Assembly: GCF_018977255.1 (NCBI RefSeq)
Contig: NW_024704742.1
Coordinates: forward strand, 82,524,001 to 82,588,000
DNA from: Callorhinchus milii
Lineage: Eukaryota
Length of the DNA stretch: 64,000 nt
Reading direction: 5' to 3'
Each line of letters begins with the position of its first letter. The first letter of the stretch is position 1. The notes under the pieces were generated by a model that saw nothing but the letters and a program-made list of their open reading frames with translations, did no database searches and was not told where the DNA came from. This document shows positions 24,234 to 37,739 of this stretch, piece by piece. Made by a program: the position numbers and the translations under genes.

Positions 24234-25264
24234 CTGTGGGGCACAGAAATTATAAAAGAGAAGACCAGAAGGCAGACACAGACTGAACTAAGTCTTCTTA
24301 GCTGACACCTCTTCACATTTCTATCTGAAATAGAGAACATGCCCAAAGTGAAATTGTTTGTTGTACACTTGAGAATGAACATAAAAACAGCTTTTTTTTA
24401 AACAAAAAGTTGAACGACAAAGGAATAACATAATTACATAAGGATTCAATATAGATTCCAGTTGTGTGGCTCTAGGCTAATACCAGAGTCCCTCCCCATC
24501 AAACAAACCAGTTTGGTATGAGTTCTCTACATGGACATTCAAGTTTCTTCCTCTTTCCTCAGAAAGCCATATGAGCACTAACAGAGCTATGACAAGTATT
24601 CTTTTTTTTTTGTCAGTCAGCCCTCTGTTGGAATCTGAGTTTAAACAAGAATTTAGATCAAGAAAAAGTTAAGCTGTGTAGGTTTAAAGGCACAGCCTAG
24701 AAGTGGGAGTTTGCTTCATTTAATTTCTATCTGAAGTAGAGCAATCCTGCCTTAATCTGTGGAGAGCACTCTCTCCTCCAGATTAATATCAGCAGAGAAA
24801 CGTATCTGTTCCATGCTGCTTTGTAAGTAACAGAACATCAGAACCGTTTGACACTCGAGCCCACAAAGCTTCTTTATCTATTACTCAGCAGCATTGCTTC
24901 TCCCAAGTTTGTGGGAGCATAACTTATTTGAAGTTATTGTAGTTTATGGTCCATTCATGCCATCAACTAGTATCCATTTGAAGCCATTGGTTTTGGGCTA
25001 TTTGTGGTCAACAGCAAACTAATTGAACATATTAGGACCTTTGCCCCAACTTCTGATAGTTGTGCATAGGTCAAGCTTTAAGGAAATTTAGCGTAATCTC
25101 AATTATCCACCCTAGCATTCTCAGGAATTTACCAAACATTTTCTGTTGATTTTGTTTGTAAAATGGTTTAGCATTTACAATGCATCCCAAGTGTTGAGTA
25201 TGCCATCTTTAAAATTCTCAGGAAATATATTATTAAAAAATATTATTATATCTTTTAATAATAT

Positions 25265-25460
25265 ATTTATCATTCCATTTGATATAGCAGCGCCTTATTG
25301 TGTTGTCAAAATGACCCAATGCTCTTCAGAAAATTTTACTATAAAGTATTGTTGCTGTGCATTTTGCGGGTGAACACGGCAGCCAATTTGCACACCACAA
25401 TGTCCCACAAATAGCCATGAAGTGAAAGATCAATTTTATCTGGAGCATTGTTGGCTAGGA
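25265..25460 (-). mobile_element. Deu-SINE 3' half
   Basis: cacggcagccaatttgcacaccacaatgtcccacaaatagccatgaagtg. Confidence 0.75.
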
Positions 25461-25571
25461 CACATTAAGTGAATAAATAAGTAAATAGATAATCTTTACA
25501 TTTGATAAAATGAATTTTTACACCATCAAAACGTCTCAGAGTTTCATTTTACTGTGAAGTGTCCACAGAAT

Positions 25572-25659
25572 CCACGGGTCCGAAATTCTGACTGTCCAGC
25601 GCCTTGGGACGTCCTCCCGACATGAAGGGCACGATACAAATGTAATTTTGTTGTTGTTT
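25572..25659 (+). mobile_element. L2 tail-only fragment
   Basis: ctgtccagcgccttgggacgtcctcccgacatgaagggcacgatacaaatgtaatt(tgt)n. Confidence 0.85.
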
Positions 25660-25664
25660 TTGTA

Positions 25665-25800
25665 TTTACATGGATGGAACCACACAGGTTCAGCCCAACT
25701 TGTCCTTGCCATTGTTTGTTTGTACTTCACATGAGTCTCCACCCAATCCTTCCTCTGTCCCGCACTCTTCTATTCCCTTTTCTCTCATGTGTATATCTTT
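25665..25800 (-). mobile_element. CR1 3' terminal fragment
   Basis: Similar to the 59700 and 62100 CR1 ends (gcccaact.gtcc...cacatgagtctccaccca). Confidence 0.65.
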
Positions 25801-26334
25801 GTATTTTGTAGGCGGAAGATTGTGTATTATGTAGATTGTGTCCCATTGTGTATTATCGTGTCAAGTGCACCACTTTGCCTCCACATCTGCCTGAAAAAGT
25901 GAAGGCCTTCACAGCACTATCAATTCTGACTTGCTTTGTTTTGCTACAGCTGGGGAGAACATTGGAATTGAAGAATGTAGACATAACACACATTAACTTC
26001 AAAATGAGTGTCTGTCATTCTCTTCCACTCACAAGGGATTAAAAATGAATCTGATACACTATTTAAAAAAAAGATGTCACATCTTTTGAAGTAATCCATT
26101 GTCCTCAGTATATATGTGAGTAAACAAGTTTTGATGTAATTACAGTTTTTAGTGTACCTCAGAGACAGAGTCTTTCATATTAATGCATGTAGACTCAATT
26201 CTTTCCTCAGTCGGCAAATTAATTCTTGATAATGGTAAGTTATTTTGATGCAGTTGTGAATTGTTAATGTGAACCCCATAGACCAGGGTCACCAGCATTC
26301 TTATTGAAAACTGCTGTCTTCAAAGAGTCAGTAA

Positions 26335-26680
26335 ATCACAGTATATCTTACAGAATATCACAGTATATCCCTCTGTATCTTCAAGCATATCTCATAGCAT
26401 ACCTCATTGTACATCACTGTATATAAGTAATGATAACAGTAATAATCCTTGCATTTGATATAGCACCGTATCACATCACCGAGACGTCTCAAAGGGCAAC
26501 ACAGGATATATTGTAAAGTAGATTGACTGTATTTTGTAGGTGAAACTCCCATACCGGCACAGTATATCTCACATATATATCATAATATATATCACATTAT
26601 ATTTCAATATATCTCATAGTATGTTCTACATATATCTCGGCATATCTCAGAGTATATCTTGCAATTCGCTCACAACATAA
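26335..26680. repeat. Degenerate ~12-bp minisatellite (CACAGTATATCT-like), split by a minus-strand SINE tail at about 26430-26550
   Basis: cacagtatatct, cacagtatatcc, catagtatgttc and cagagtatatct variants lie on both sides of aataatccttgcatttgatatagcac... Confidence 0.7.
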
Positions 26681-27817
26681 TTCACACTTCTTGCCTTGTT
26701 ATCACTTCCACTTATAATTTATTTCTATATGATATGTTGTCTTTTAATGGGACTAACATCTTGTGATTGGAGGGCGTACATTCACAATGCAATCCACATC
26801 TGTAAAAATGCAACACGTGAGTGGAAGCAGCATAAGTTCTATTGACTGACTGATAGTCTACCGAACCATCTTGTTCCCATTGTCAAGATTGCACATAAAT
26901 GTTATCAAGCTATGAAAACTGGAATAGGAAAACACATTTCACTGGGCTGCCTGGATATTTCAAGCTAATATATGTGCAGCACATCTCAATAATGGCACAT
27001 TCCCTCAAACAACACAAGAGTGTTTGGAAAGAGAAAATAAAATATAGCACATCAAAATGCTCCCTTCACAGATTATATATTATCTACACTTCCAATTATT
27101 ATCTCTGTTAGCAAATGTCAACAGCACCATTTCCTGAACCTGAAATATAATTCAGAAGAATGCAGGAATATTCATCTATTCCCTTAATCTCCACCGCAAA
27201 CCCTGATTTGCTACCCTTCTCCGATGACTTGCCATCTCCCCATCTCCTCCTCCCCAAACTACAGCAATGAACGGATCATTTATTTTCATGTTCAGTATTT
27301 GTTCATCTCTGTGTAAATCTATCACATTGGTTATTGATATTGATACAGACAGAGAAGGAGTCACTGATCCTGTCCAACAAGTACAATGTACTTGCTACAT
27401 TGAATGAGGGAGATGTCTGTGCCAAAGAAGGCCAGAACGCAAACCGAAGCACCATAGAGCAGAAGGCAGTGCAAGTAGGGAAGGAGCAGAATAGAAACAT
27501 TGTAGTTATAGGGATGAAATAATTAAGGGGAATGAGGGTATCCTCTGCAGTCACGATCGAAGGTCCAGTTTTTTGGAACAATATGTTTTAGAACCAACAA
27601 GGGAACAAGCCATGTTGGATTTGGTGATGGGTAATGAGCCAGAACTAGTTAACAATCTGATAGTAAGGGAACATCTTGCAAATAGTGATCATCGTAATAT
27701 GATTGAATTTGACAATAGATTTGAGAGGGAGAAGGGAGAGTTGCAAACCAAGGTTTTAGATTTAAATATGGCAAACTTCGATGAGATTAGAAATATATTG
27801 ACCACAGTAAACTAACA

Positions 27818-27882
27818 TACAACAACAACAAGATTCCATTTATAAAGCGCCTTTCACGTCAGGAGGACGTCCCAAGGCGCTG
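27818..27882 (-). mobile_element. Young L2 tail-only insertion in the tail of the nested CR1
   Basis: Reverse complement matches the 12198-12260 tail base for base by eye; ACATA on both sides. Confidence 0.85.
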
Positions 27883-28429
27883 ACATAACATAACATGTAG
27901 GAGCACGAGTAGACCAATCAGCCCTTCGAGCCTGCCCTGCCATTCAATCATGGCTGATCTTCTATTCTAACTCCAGCTAATACCATAACCCTGCCTTAGC
28001 CCCATATCCCTTAATCCCTTTTGCAATAAGAAATCTATCTAACTCAGTCTTGAATATGTTCAAGGACTGAGTATCAACAGCCCTTTGGGGTAGTGAGTTC
28101 CATACATTCACCACCCTTTGAGTGAAGAAGTTCTTCCTCAACTCAGTGCGAAAGGACTGGCCTCTGATTTTAAGGTTGTGACCCCTGGTTTTAGTTTCTC
28201 CAACCAGGGAAACAATCTCCCACTATCTACTCTATCATGCCCTTTGATGATTTTATAGGTTTCTAGAAGATCCCCTCTAATTCTTCTATATTCTATATAG
28301 GCCCAAATTGGTCAGCCTATCCTCGTAACTCATCCCCTTCATCCCTAGTACTAACCTAGTAAATCTACCCTGCACCCCCTCCAAGGCATGTACATCTTTT
28401 CTTAAATAAGGAGACCGAAACTGCTCACA
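27883..28429 (-). mobile_element. CR1 3' fragment nested antisense inside the plus-strand CR1
   Basis: CR1 3' end gtaggagcacgagtagaccaatcagcccttcgagcctgccctgccattcaatcatggctgatc. Removing 27814-28429 restores the host frame TVN|WAELLVGK. Confidence 0.9.
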
Positions 28430-31049
28430 GGGCTGAATTGTTAGTAGGTAAACCTGCCGATGAACAATGAGTAGTATTCAGAAATGTGTTTGATACAATA
28501 CAGAACAAGTACATACCCCTAAAATGCAAAAGCTCCAATCGTGTAGTTAAGCAACCATGGTGGACAAAAGAGGTTAGAGACCATATCAAGCTAAAAGAAA
28601 AGGCTTACTAAAAAGCAAAAAAAAGTGGGAATGCAGAGGATGGGAGAACTACAAAAGGCAACAAAGGGATACAAAGAAAGTAATGAGGAGCAAAAAGGGA
28701 GTATGAAAAAAAATTTGCAATGGATATTAAAACCAATAGTAAAAGCTTTTATAAATATATTAAGAGAAAGAGAATGGTCAAGGAAAATGTGGACCCGTTA
28801 AAGACAGATGTAGGTGAGACTATAACAGAAAATAAGGAAATTGCTGAATTGTTATATAACTACGTCGCTACCATTTTTACAAGAGGATGAGTACAAAATA
28901 CCAGCCATACAGGGGAACCTAAAAATAAGTCAAAATGAAATGCTTAATAAAATTTAAAAAATGGTATTGGGGAAAATAAAGAGACGTAAGATAGACAAAT
29001 CTCCAAGACATGATAGTTTCCACCCCAGGGTGTTAAAGGAAATAGGAGAGGAAATTGTAGATGCATTCGTCATAATTTTCCCAAACTCACCAGATTCGGC
29101 AATTGTGCCCTTAGTTTAGAAAATTGTGAATGTCACCCCTTTTTTTAAGATGGGAGGGAGAAACCAGGAAACTGCAGACCTGTCAGCTTAACCTCAGTTG
29201 TAGGGAAAATATTGGAATCCATCATCAGGGACAGAGTGACTGAACATTTGGAAATGTATGAGCTATTCAAAGACAGTCAGCATGGGTTTGTGAAGGATAG
29301 GTCATGTCTGACTAATCTAGTTGAATTTTTTGAGGAGGTCACTATTTTTTGAGGAAGTCACTGGTGGATAAGAGAATGTCTATGGATGTCGTTTACATGG
29401 ACTTTCAGAAGGCATTTGATATGGTTCTACATAAATGATTATTAGTGTAACTGGAAGTGCATGGAGTCACAGGTAACTTTATGATGTGGCTTGGTAATTG
29501 GTTGGAAGGCAGGAAACAGAGAGTAGGGATAAAGGGAACGTTGTCTGATTGGTGGGACGTGACAAGTGGTGTCCCCCAGGAGTCTACTTGGACCTCAGCT
29601 ATTCACCATATCTATAATTGACTTGGATGAAGGAATAGAAAGTTTTATATCCAAGTTTGCAGATGATACTAAGCCAGGAGGCTCAGGAAGTTGTGTAGAT
29701 GGGAGTAGGAAGTTAGAAAGGGATTTAGACAGATTAAGTGAGTGGGCAAAGCTGTGGCAGATGGAGTTTAATGTGGGAAAGTGTGAGGCCATCTACTATG
29801 GGCCGAGAAAAGATTAAGCAGAATATTTTCTTAATGGGGGAGAACTTAAGAACTGTGGAGGAGCAAAGAGATTTGGGTGTCCATATCCACCAACCGCTAA
29901 AAACTAGTTCCCAGATACAAAAAGTAATCGAAAAGGCGAATTGACTGTTGGCCTTTATCTAATGGGGCCTGGAATACAAAGGGGAAGAAATGATGCTTCT
30001 GAATACACTTTTACTGAATACTATTAAATACTTCTAAATATAATCATCAGCAATCTTTTGCATGTTTCAGTTGATGGTGAGAGCACTATGTGACAAAAAA
30101 CAGAGGTAACAGGACTTTATGCACAGCTTGAGTTTGACATATGTTATATGAGCTCAACTGATTTGGTAATAAAACACAGCATCCTCTGCAGTATAACCTC
30201 AAATCCAATTGTAAACTGATTGCTTTCCAGTTCCCTTTTGAAAGCATCCATAGACTTAGCTTTTTTCTGGACGTCTGTTCCAGCTCCGGCATCTTTACAA
30301 GGTTTTCTTGCCAGTGTGTGGAGTCTGTAAGCATGAGCCTGATGGTAATATTCCAGTATCCTTTCACCGGATCTGTGAAGCTCGCAATGTGGACAGCCCT
30401 CTGGCCTATCAAATACATCTGGCACTAAGTATACTCAATTTTGTTCATTTAATATGTGTCATTAAAGTATAATGTCTGCATTGTGTTTGTTTAAGGTATA
30501 GAGATTATAGCAATTATTTTGATTTCTTCAAATGCTCATTACATTGGTTCTGAAGTCGAGTCTTTGGAGCAACGTATTCTCATCTGTGCCACCAGCTAAG
30601 ATAACTGGAATTTTCCCAGGAACACGACTGTCTCCTTCAATAATTATAGTAAATTCTCATTATTTGTGTTACACATTGAAAGTTACATTTTAATACAGTT
30701 AACCCCAAATTGGTCAACTTAAATTGGCAATGTAGAGTAAGTAGTCTGTACAGGGGGAAAGTTACAGATCCTTCAAGGGGATTGATATTTTATAATGTGA
30801 AATGGAATCAGGGTAGCTGGAATGTATTAAATTAATTCTTCACATCTATCTTGGTACATCAATCTTATGGACAATTTCTGGTTCATGAAAACGTATTGGA
30901 CATGCAGAGGTGCATGAAGCCAAATGTATAGAGGAGTCAAATGTGAGCAGCGTGTCTGGTTTAGTTGACAGGCCAATTGAATCATCAGAATAAACATAGG
31001 AAAAATAATTGTCGCTGAAGTCAGCAATTTTCAGGATTTTGAAAAGTAC

Positions 31050-31930
31050 GAAAGCAGCACATGAGACCTTATATTTGAAAAAGAAGCGACATGTGATCTG
31101 GGAAATTGTAGACCATTTAACTTAACATCAGCAGCAGATGGTGTCATTCTAAAGAGATTAATCTCACTTCAGTATTCTATAGGATTGTGTAATTTTCATC
31201 TAAACAGCACTGGTGTCTTGAGGTGTACTCAGCATGGACTTAAAAGTAATAGTCATACCTCAAAAAGTGTCTGGAATTCTTTTGAGGAGGTAATCAAGCC
31301 AGTGGAGGAAGGCTGTCTCCGGACCGTAAACTGATATAGGAAACAAGCTGAGGGGAAATGGAAATACTGTATTTGTTCTGAGGTGACTGCATCTCACAGT
31401 GTCTGATCTTGATCCACTGCTGTTTTAGTCATTCATACTTTTAAATGAATCCCTGCTCTCAATAATCGTTCTGCCCTCCAAGTTCAGCCGCTGAGCCAGG
31501 CTGGCTGGGCTATCATCATCTCTGCTGTGGAGTCTCCCAGACACCCCTGGCTGAGCAACTAGACAACTGAGACCATCACAGCATTCTGTTGCCTAGCACG
31601 TCACCTTGGAGTTAGCTCAGCCCCAAGAAGACCCCACTTGCCCCCCCACCCCCAAACCTTCAGGAGGGTAATCCATTCAACCAATTTTGTGGAGGAGACT
31701 GATTACATATTACAGCTATTTAATATTACAGATTTAATCAATCGATGGGTCCATGTGACTTGTGTGAGTGGGAATGATTGATTATATTCAAAAGGATATG
31801 GACCCAATTACACTTATGTGGATGGGCTACGGAAAAATGACTGGATTATAATGTAATTCATGTCCTGTAGTTAAATATGAATACATTAGATACTAGGACA
31901 AGAAACATGAAATACGTACAACATAGAAAC
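31050..31930 (+). mobile_element. Very degraded CR1 RT fragments with about 250 bp of unrelated sequence inside
   Basis: gggaaattgtagaccatttaacttaacatca (GNCRPFNLTS) and cagcatggactt...ctggaattcttttgaggagg (QHG...LEFFEE). Confidence 0.55.
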
Positions 31931-32479
31931 TGTTAAAAAGGCAAAGGATATGGTGTCACTTCTGAATATTCACTCAAAGTCTCCAGCCAATGTTTGTCTG
32001 TAGCTAACCCACTACTTCTCATAACTGGATTGGATTTGCGTCTGACTGCGTTATACATACACAATCAAATCAAACAACATTCAAAATTCTAGGAAACAAA
32101 GCACGCGTTAGCCTTAATTTTGAAGCTGTTTTTCTGTGATTTCTAAGCATATCAAGATTTAGTAATTGTGTTGCATTTGTGGACTGAATTAATTGTTTTT
32201 TGTTTAAAAGGCAATGCAACTGTTTAGACAGGACAAGTCTTCCCAATTGAGCCTGAATTAAAGACTTTTTCTTCAAAAAATCTGCATAATCCAAAATTTT
32301 GAGACATTTCATCCCTAGGGAGCAGGAACGTTTTCTGATTCCCTGCGAGCCTCGGTGTTCTCATAAAGATTGTAGGTCAGCAGCTGCTTCCAGCTGAGCT
32401 CAACTAACTCAGCACAGAGCAGGCATTTAACTTAGGAACTTAATAGTGTATATGACTTCCAGGCTTGGTAATGCCTTAC

Positions 32480-32589
32480 CCAACTGAGCCGTAAGAGAGT
32501 TGATCTTCGATAATTGAACTGAATTTCCCTGGGAATGTGTTGTGCTCTTTTATCCAAACATTGCACAAACACCGAACAAAAATATTTCT
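32480..32589 (-). CDS. Candidate internal coding exon (110 nt, phase 1 to 0): EKYFCSVFVQCLDKRAQHIPREIQFNYRRSTLLRLSW
   Basis: Acceptor ttcctttgcatttattttAG (32590-32591), donor TGG|GTAAGG (32479), open frame, phases compatible with both flanking candidate exons. Confidence 0.55.
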
Positions 32590-33959
32590 CTAAAATAAAT
32601 GCAAAGGAATAATTCAACTATCACAATGGGGGTTGGAGGGTAGGGGTGGGAGGGTGGGAGTAAAGGAATATTTTCTTTAGCCACACAGTTCCTCAGAATC
32701 TTTTATTTTTGAGCATAGCACACACCATTGAGACTTTGATTGCTTTTTCTCCCTTTTAAATCCATCCAGGAAAAAAACCTTTGATTGAAAACTAAAAAAG
32801 AGTGTAAAACAACACAGGTATTCTCTTTGACAGTCAGTGCATCAAACTCTGGAATTACAGTGGAAGCCACATAGAATGTACACTGGCACCTTCAGTGTAG
32901 TCAGTGGCTGTCATGCTGGAGATACTCGTGTTCCATGATCCTAGTTGCAGTGTTGTGTGGTGTTACATCCGCTGTCTCACTGATTTCTTTTGAGAGGAAC
33001 CAGTCTACAGCACTAAAGCAGTGTGCATGATGCTTCCTATAATGAAACCTTTCAAAGAGTTTGTGAATTTAGAATAGCCCAGTCTGTGGATCAAATAAAT
33101 ATCAGAGATGTACTTAAGCATGGCCTCTCCTGTTTCTTTGAGGCTTTCACAGGAGAAGAAACAACTTTTGTTTGTTCCAATGGATTAGGTGGTATCCTGT
33201 GTATTTGCAATAGGCATCATAGCTCTCCTCAAATGTAAGGATTCTCATATATCTGACCCCGGGTTGAAGTAAGAATCACCACAAATTCTTTCAATCAATC
33301 AATATATATTAATGCGAATTAGCAAGGTTACTCAATCAGAAGTAATGCTTAAATATATTTAACACTATCCACAACAAGTAAAGTTGGCCGGACCAATGTT
33401 GTGGCGAAGAGGTGAAGGAAGAACCAACTTGTGAGCATCGATCAATATATTGAAGGTCGTCTCACTCTTTGTCTTCTTTAAGATATCGGTTTTGGGTAGC
33501 CAGTGTTACAGGTAGCTAGTCCATTCCCAAATCTCTCTCTTCCACTTTCTTGCTAAAGCTACCGTTCTTAGATGGCCTTTTGTATTACTTTTTCACAATC
33601 TGTATCCTGTTTTTCGCAAAGTCAGCTTAACTTCTGAAAAACATAAGAATCCAGACAGCCTTTTTTCAGTCATCCTCTTCTGCTTTTTATTTTTTATCAG
33701 AAATGATGTGAGCTTATTTGATCTTTTGAGTTTCATGATGGAGGATTTCGGATTATTTGCTATCTGGGTTAGAATGTTTAAACAATCAGTATTTTTATCC
33801 CATAAACACATCCTTAGTGATTTGCAGTTTCTTCTTTTTCGTCAATTTATGACACACAGGAATACTGGTATTACTTTTATTGCTTAAACCAGTAATCTGG
33901 TCTGTCCACTCAGTTTTATTAACAGTCATAATATATACAGAACTCCACTATAAAAGTGC

Positions 33960-34190
33960 ATAATTTTGATGATACTTTAGGTCAGATCAAGGGAATAAAA
34001 CAAGAGATCACAGGTTCAAAGTTGCAATTCCAGGATAGACACCATGAAGATTTTTCTTGACCCAGAGGATAATTAATGACTGGAACAGGTTGCTAGGAAA
34101 GATGGTTTAGGTCAAGACAAAGGATTCATTTAAACAGCATCTCAATGTTGTTGGTTGGGTTTTCTGGAGGGATGAAATCAGATGGGTCAC
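33960..34190 (+). mobile_element. Degraded CR1 3' fragment
   Basis: aaaacaagagatcacaggttcaaa...tttttcttgacccagaggataattaatgactggaacagg (TR.H.FK...FF..QR.IN.WN). Confidence 0.65.
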
Positions 34191-34619
34191 AGGAATTTAC
34201 TGTTGTATTATAACCAGCAATAGTCACCTAGGACTAATGAAAAGACACTCCAACACAGTCTCAGGTTAAGAGGCACATTATAAAGCATACTGGAGCTTTG
34301 CTCTCATGGTTTGTGATATTGTTTTCTGTGGCTCAATCAATCATAACCTTGTCAGAATTCCCAAGTACTCGCTATGCGACAGATTAATCCAATTTGGATT
34401 CTGCTAGATATCGCTACTGTGAATATTTTCAGAAAATAGGTTCTGATCTTTTCTGTTGGACGTGATTACAGTTTTTTGCTCCAGATGACATCATTGGGTT
34501 AATGACCCCATCTGTAAACTCTATTAAACACGGTATGTCCTTTAAAGCTTCTTCAAAGCCACATTTTCATGTGTCATCTATTTTGTACATACAGTAGAAA
34601 AAAAGTAGTGTTAAAAAAA

Positions 34620-34790
34620 ATTGGTCACTCAATCCACGACTGTTTGTGGGACACTGCTATGCACAATTGGCTGCCAGGTTTCCCCTACAAAATGCACAGT
34701 CAATTCAATTCACAATATATTCTGTAAAGCACTTTGAGACATATCAATGATGTGATAAGGCACCATATGAAATGCAAGGATTATTATTAT
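34620..34790 (+). mobile_element. SINE 3' half (Deu part and tail)
   Basis: ttggtcactcaatccacgactgtttgtgggacac...aaatgcaaggattattattat. Confidence 0.85.
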
Positions 34791-36344
34791 GAAAGCCCAG
34801 TTGTAAGCCAATAGTTAAGGTCAATAAAGTTCTAGCCTATCTAACCAGAGGGTGTGATCAAGGACTTCATGCATTTGGCACCGCAACAGCAAGTGACATC
34901 GGTGGTAATACTATGTGAGTAGGGAAAGGTAGAGAGTAGGAGGGAGATAAGGTGAGTGTAATTTGTGATGCACACAAACCAGATCCATTGCAACCTCTCC
35001 AAACATTGCCGTGAATTTTGCAGATAATATGAGGAATCCACAAAATATATAATAAAAAATAATATAATAATATCACAAAATACCAGAGCCCAATAGTGAA
35101 TGACATTGCAGATTTAATGTGCTGTTGAATCACACAAGTGCATTCATCTTTTTGATTTGCCCACAAAATACAGTCAATCCACTTTACAGGATATCCTGTG
35201 AAGCACTTTGAGATGTCTCAATGTGGTAAGGCGCTGTATCAAACGCAAAGGTTATTATTATTTTATAATGGGTTTCCCATAGACCCCTTTGCAATGGAAG
35301 GTAATGGCAAATGAGTCTCTCACCCCTCACTATCCCATTCATTTCAGTTGAACCTGTGGCAAATGTAGTGTCACCCTTTCCATCGCCAAGATGAGAGAAG
35401 TAAAGCTCCACATTGTTTATTTGTGAGGATTTTAAGAGGGATGTAGCTAGGTATATTAAGGATAGAAGCTTGAAGGGATATGGGGATAAGGCAGGGCAGT
35501 GAGATTAAATGGTACCTTGCTCTGAGATCTGGTGCAGACTATATGGACTGAATGGCTTCCTTATGCACTGTAAATTTATGGGATTCTATGAACAGAACTG
35601 ACTGTTGCAGAAGAAGTCATTGCCTTTAGCCATTTGATTGCTAGCTCTATAGACTTCTATGTAACATTGTAATCTTGTGATCTAAACACATTACGTCACG
35701 TAAATGCAAATTATGAGCTGACAGCTTGTGCGAAATGTCTGCACACTGTTAGTTTCACAAATGCATGCATCATTGAATAATACTCAACCTGCCTGAAAGG
35801 ATCACCAGTGCTTTGAAGAGATCATTGGTAGAGGTAAAGTGTTGAAGCTGGCAAAAGGGAGTGGAAAACTAAAGGAGGAAGTGAAAACAATTGTTTGCGT
35901 TTCTTAACTCAGGCCAAAAGCCTTTTATGTAAAGAATTTGTATAGGACTTAATAAAGTAAGTCAAGAGCTCTCCTGTTACCGTGAATATACACAACGTTT
36001 TGTGACCCTTGACATCTCCCTTGTCTTCCCCAAATGGGTGTGCTACAAAATACAATGCTGCCCATTAACTACGTGGCAGTAAGTGGAGGGAGTGGGCATT
36101 TGAGATTGAATTCATTTTTTTGAGTTTGAAGCAAAGAGAAAATAATTGTGGTTGTCCAAGACACTGAAAATCTGCAGTTCTTTGAAGTAATCTGCATTGT
36201 AAGGATTATTATTTCATGACACTGTCTCCTCCTTTATTGTTGCAGTTCAGTCAAAACTCTGCCATCCACATTCCTCAGATCCGCACCAAACTCCACATTC
36301 CCATCACTCCCATCCTCAACTGGCTCCCTGGTTCTTAATAAATC

Positions 36345-37710
36345 AATTCCAAGAGGAAAATGCAGCAGATGTAGTTTATCTGGATTTCCAGAAGGCCTTT
36401 GATAAAGTGCTACCAGAAAAGCTCATGACTAAAACAAGGTCATTTGAAAATGGGGAAGAGGTAGCAGAATGGATTAAAGAATGGTTGTGAAACCGAAAAC
36501 AAAAGGTAGGATTTAAGAGTATCATCTCAGGCTAGAAAGAAGTAGGAACTGGCATTACACAGGGATGAATATAAGGACTGCTATTGTTCATCATATACAC
36601 CCACAATACATCCAGTCAATTCACTTTACAGTATATTCTGTGAAGCGCTTTGAGATGTCTCGTAAAAGTGATAAGGTGCAATATCAAATGCAAGGATTAT
36701 TATTATACAAAAATGATTTGGTTTCAGATATAGGTGTGGTGGTAACGAAATAAAGAAGCTGTCTATAGTCTAGATGGCAGGTATCTAATAGGAGTGGAAG
36801 AGCAAAGAGATCTGGGGTTTCAGATCAACAAATCTCTTACGTGTAGCTACAGAGTAGATAAGGCTTTCAAAAAAAGGCCAATAAGGTCTTGGGCTTTCTA
36901 TCCAGAGATATTGTGGAGTCCTGTAGCTCAGTGGTTAGAGCACTCGCTTTGCAAGTGAGAGACCTGAGTTCAATTCCAGGCACAGGGCGAAACCTTGGGC
37001 AAGTTTCCTTACTCCACACAGAGCCTAATAATAATCCCTCCAAAAACAATAATAAATTGATCACTTTCAATCCACGACTGTTTGTGGGACATCACTGTGC
37101 GCAACTGGCTGCCGCGTTCGCCCACAAATATACAGTCAATTCACTTTACAGTGTGTTCTGTGAAGCGCTTTGGGACGTCCTCCCGATGTGAAAAGCGCTA
37201 TATCAAATGCAAGGATTATTATTATTATATTGAATATCAAGGTGAGGAGACGATGTTTAATTTATACAAAACCTTTGTTTGATCACTAGAAGCCACAGTA
37301 TTATGTTCAATTCTGATCTCCATACTATTGAAAAGATATAACAGCGATGGAAAGAATACAGCGTAGGTTTACATGGATGATACCAGGGTTGGCATGTATC
37401 AGGGTAGACTGGAGAGGTTGGGCCTTTTTTAACAGGGATATTTAAGGGGGGACCTGATAGAAGTGTTTAAAATTATGAAAGGGTTCAGTAACTGTAGCAT
37501 AAAAAGGCTATTTCCACTGGTTGGGATGTCCATAGAGGACATACATATATGTTAGCGACTAGGGTATCAAAAAGAGAATTTATGAGGAACTACTTCACAA
37601 TGGCAATGGGATAAGAACAAGAGAGTGTGATTGGTTGGATAACTCTTTCAATGATCCTGCACAGGCACGATGGGCTGAATGACCTCCTTTTCTGTGCTGT
37701 AAGATTCTAA
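36345..37710 (+). mobile_element. Degraded CR1 RT and 3' region carrying two SINE insertions
   Basis: gatgtagtttatctggatttccagaaggcctttgataaagtg (DVVYLDFQKAFDKV), IEYQGEETMFNLYKTFV and a CR1 tail at about 37660-37710. SINE tail inserted at about 36595-36706. Confidence 0.85.
36913..37227 (+). mobile_element. Young full-length tRNA-headed SINE with TSD ATATTG
   Basis: Same family as 6842. ATATTG at 36908-36913 and 37227-37232; excision restores CR1 SRDIEYQ. Confidence 0.95.
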
Positions 37711-37739
37711 TATGAGTAGCTCCACCAAAGCTCACAGGG

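Larger units (their letters stand above)
27340..29997 (+). mobile_element. CR1 LINE: ORF1 esterase fragment fused by internal deletion to ORF2 (endonuclease C-terminus and RT); 3'-truncated and inactivated
   Basis: RNIVVIG(D) GDSL-like motif at about 27495-27530 is followed directly by FLEQYVLEPTREQAMLDLV. QHGFVKDRSCLTNLVEFFEEV and LGPQLFTISIIDLDEGIESFISKFADDTK follow. Many stops and frameshifts. Confidence 0.93.

Noticed and set aside
26335..26680. CRISPR-like or designed repeat array
   Set aside because: Degenerate 12-bp tandem units without spacers in a eukaryotic context; an ordinary minisatellite.
30198..30424. Open minus-strand frame (VPDVFDRPEGCPHCELHRSGERILEYY...FTIGFE) that is phase-compatible as an alternative to exon 32480-32589
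   Set aside because: The acceptor lacks a polypyrimidine tract and the donor GAG|GTTATA is weak; the 32480 exon has much better sites. Not fully excluded as a mutually exclusive exon.
33380..33880. Purine-rich minus-strand stretch resembling a decayed coding region
   Set aside because: Stops in all frames and no recognisable domain motif.
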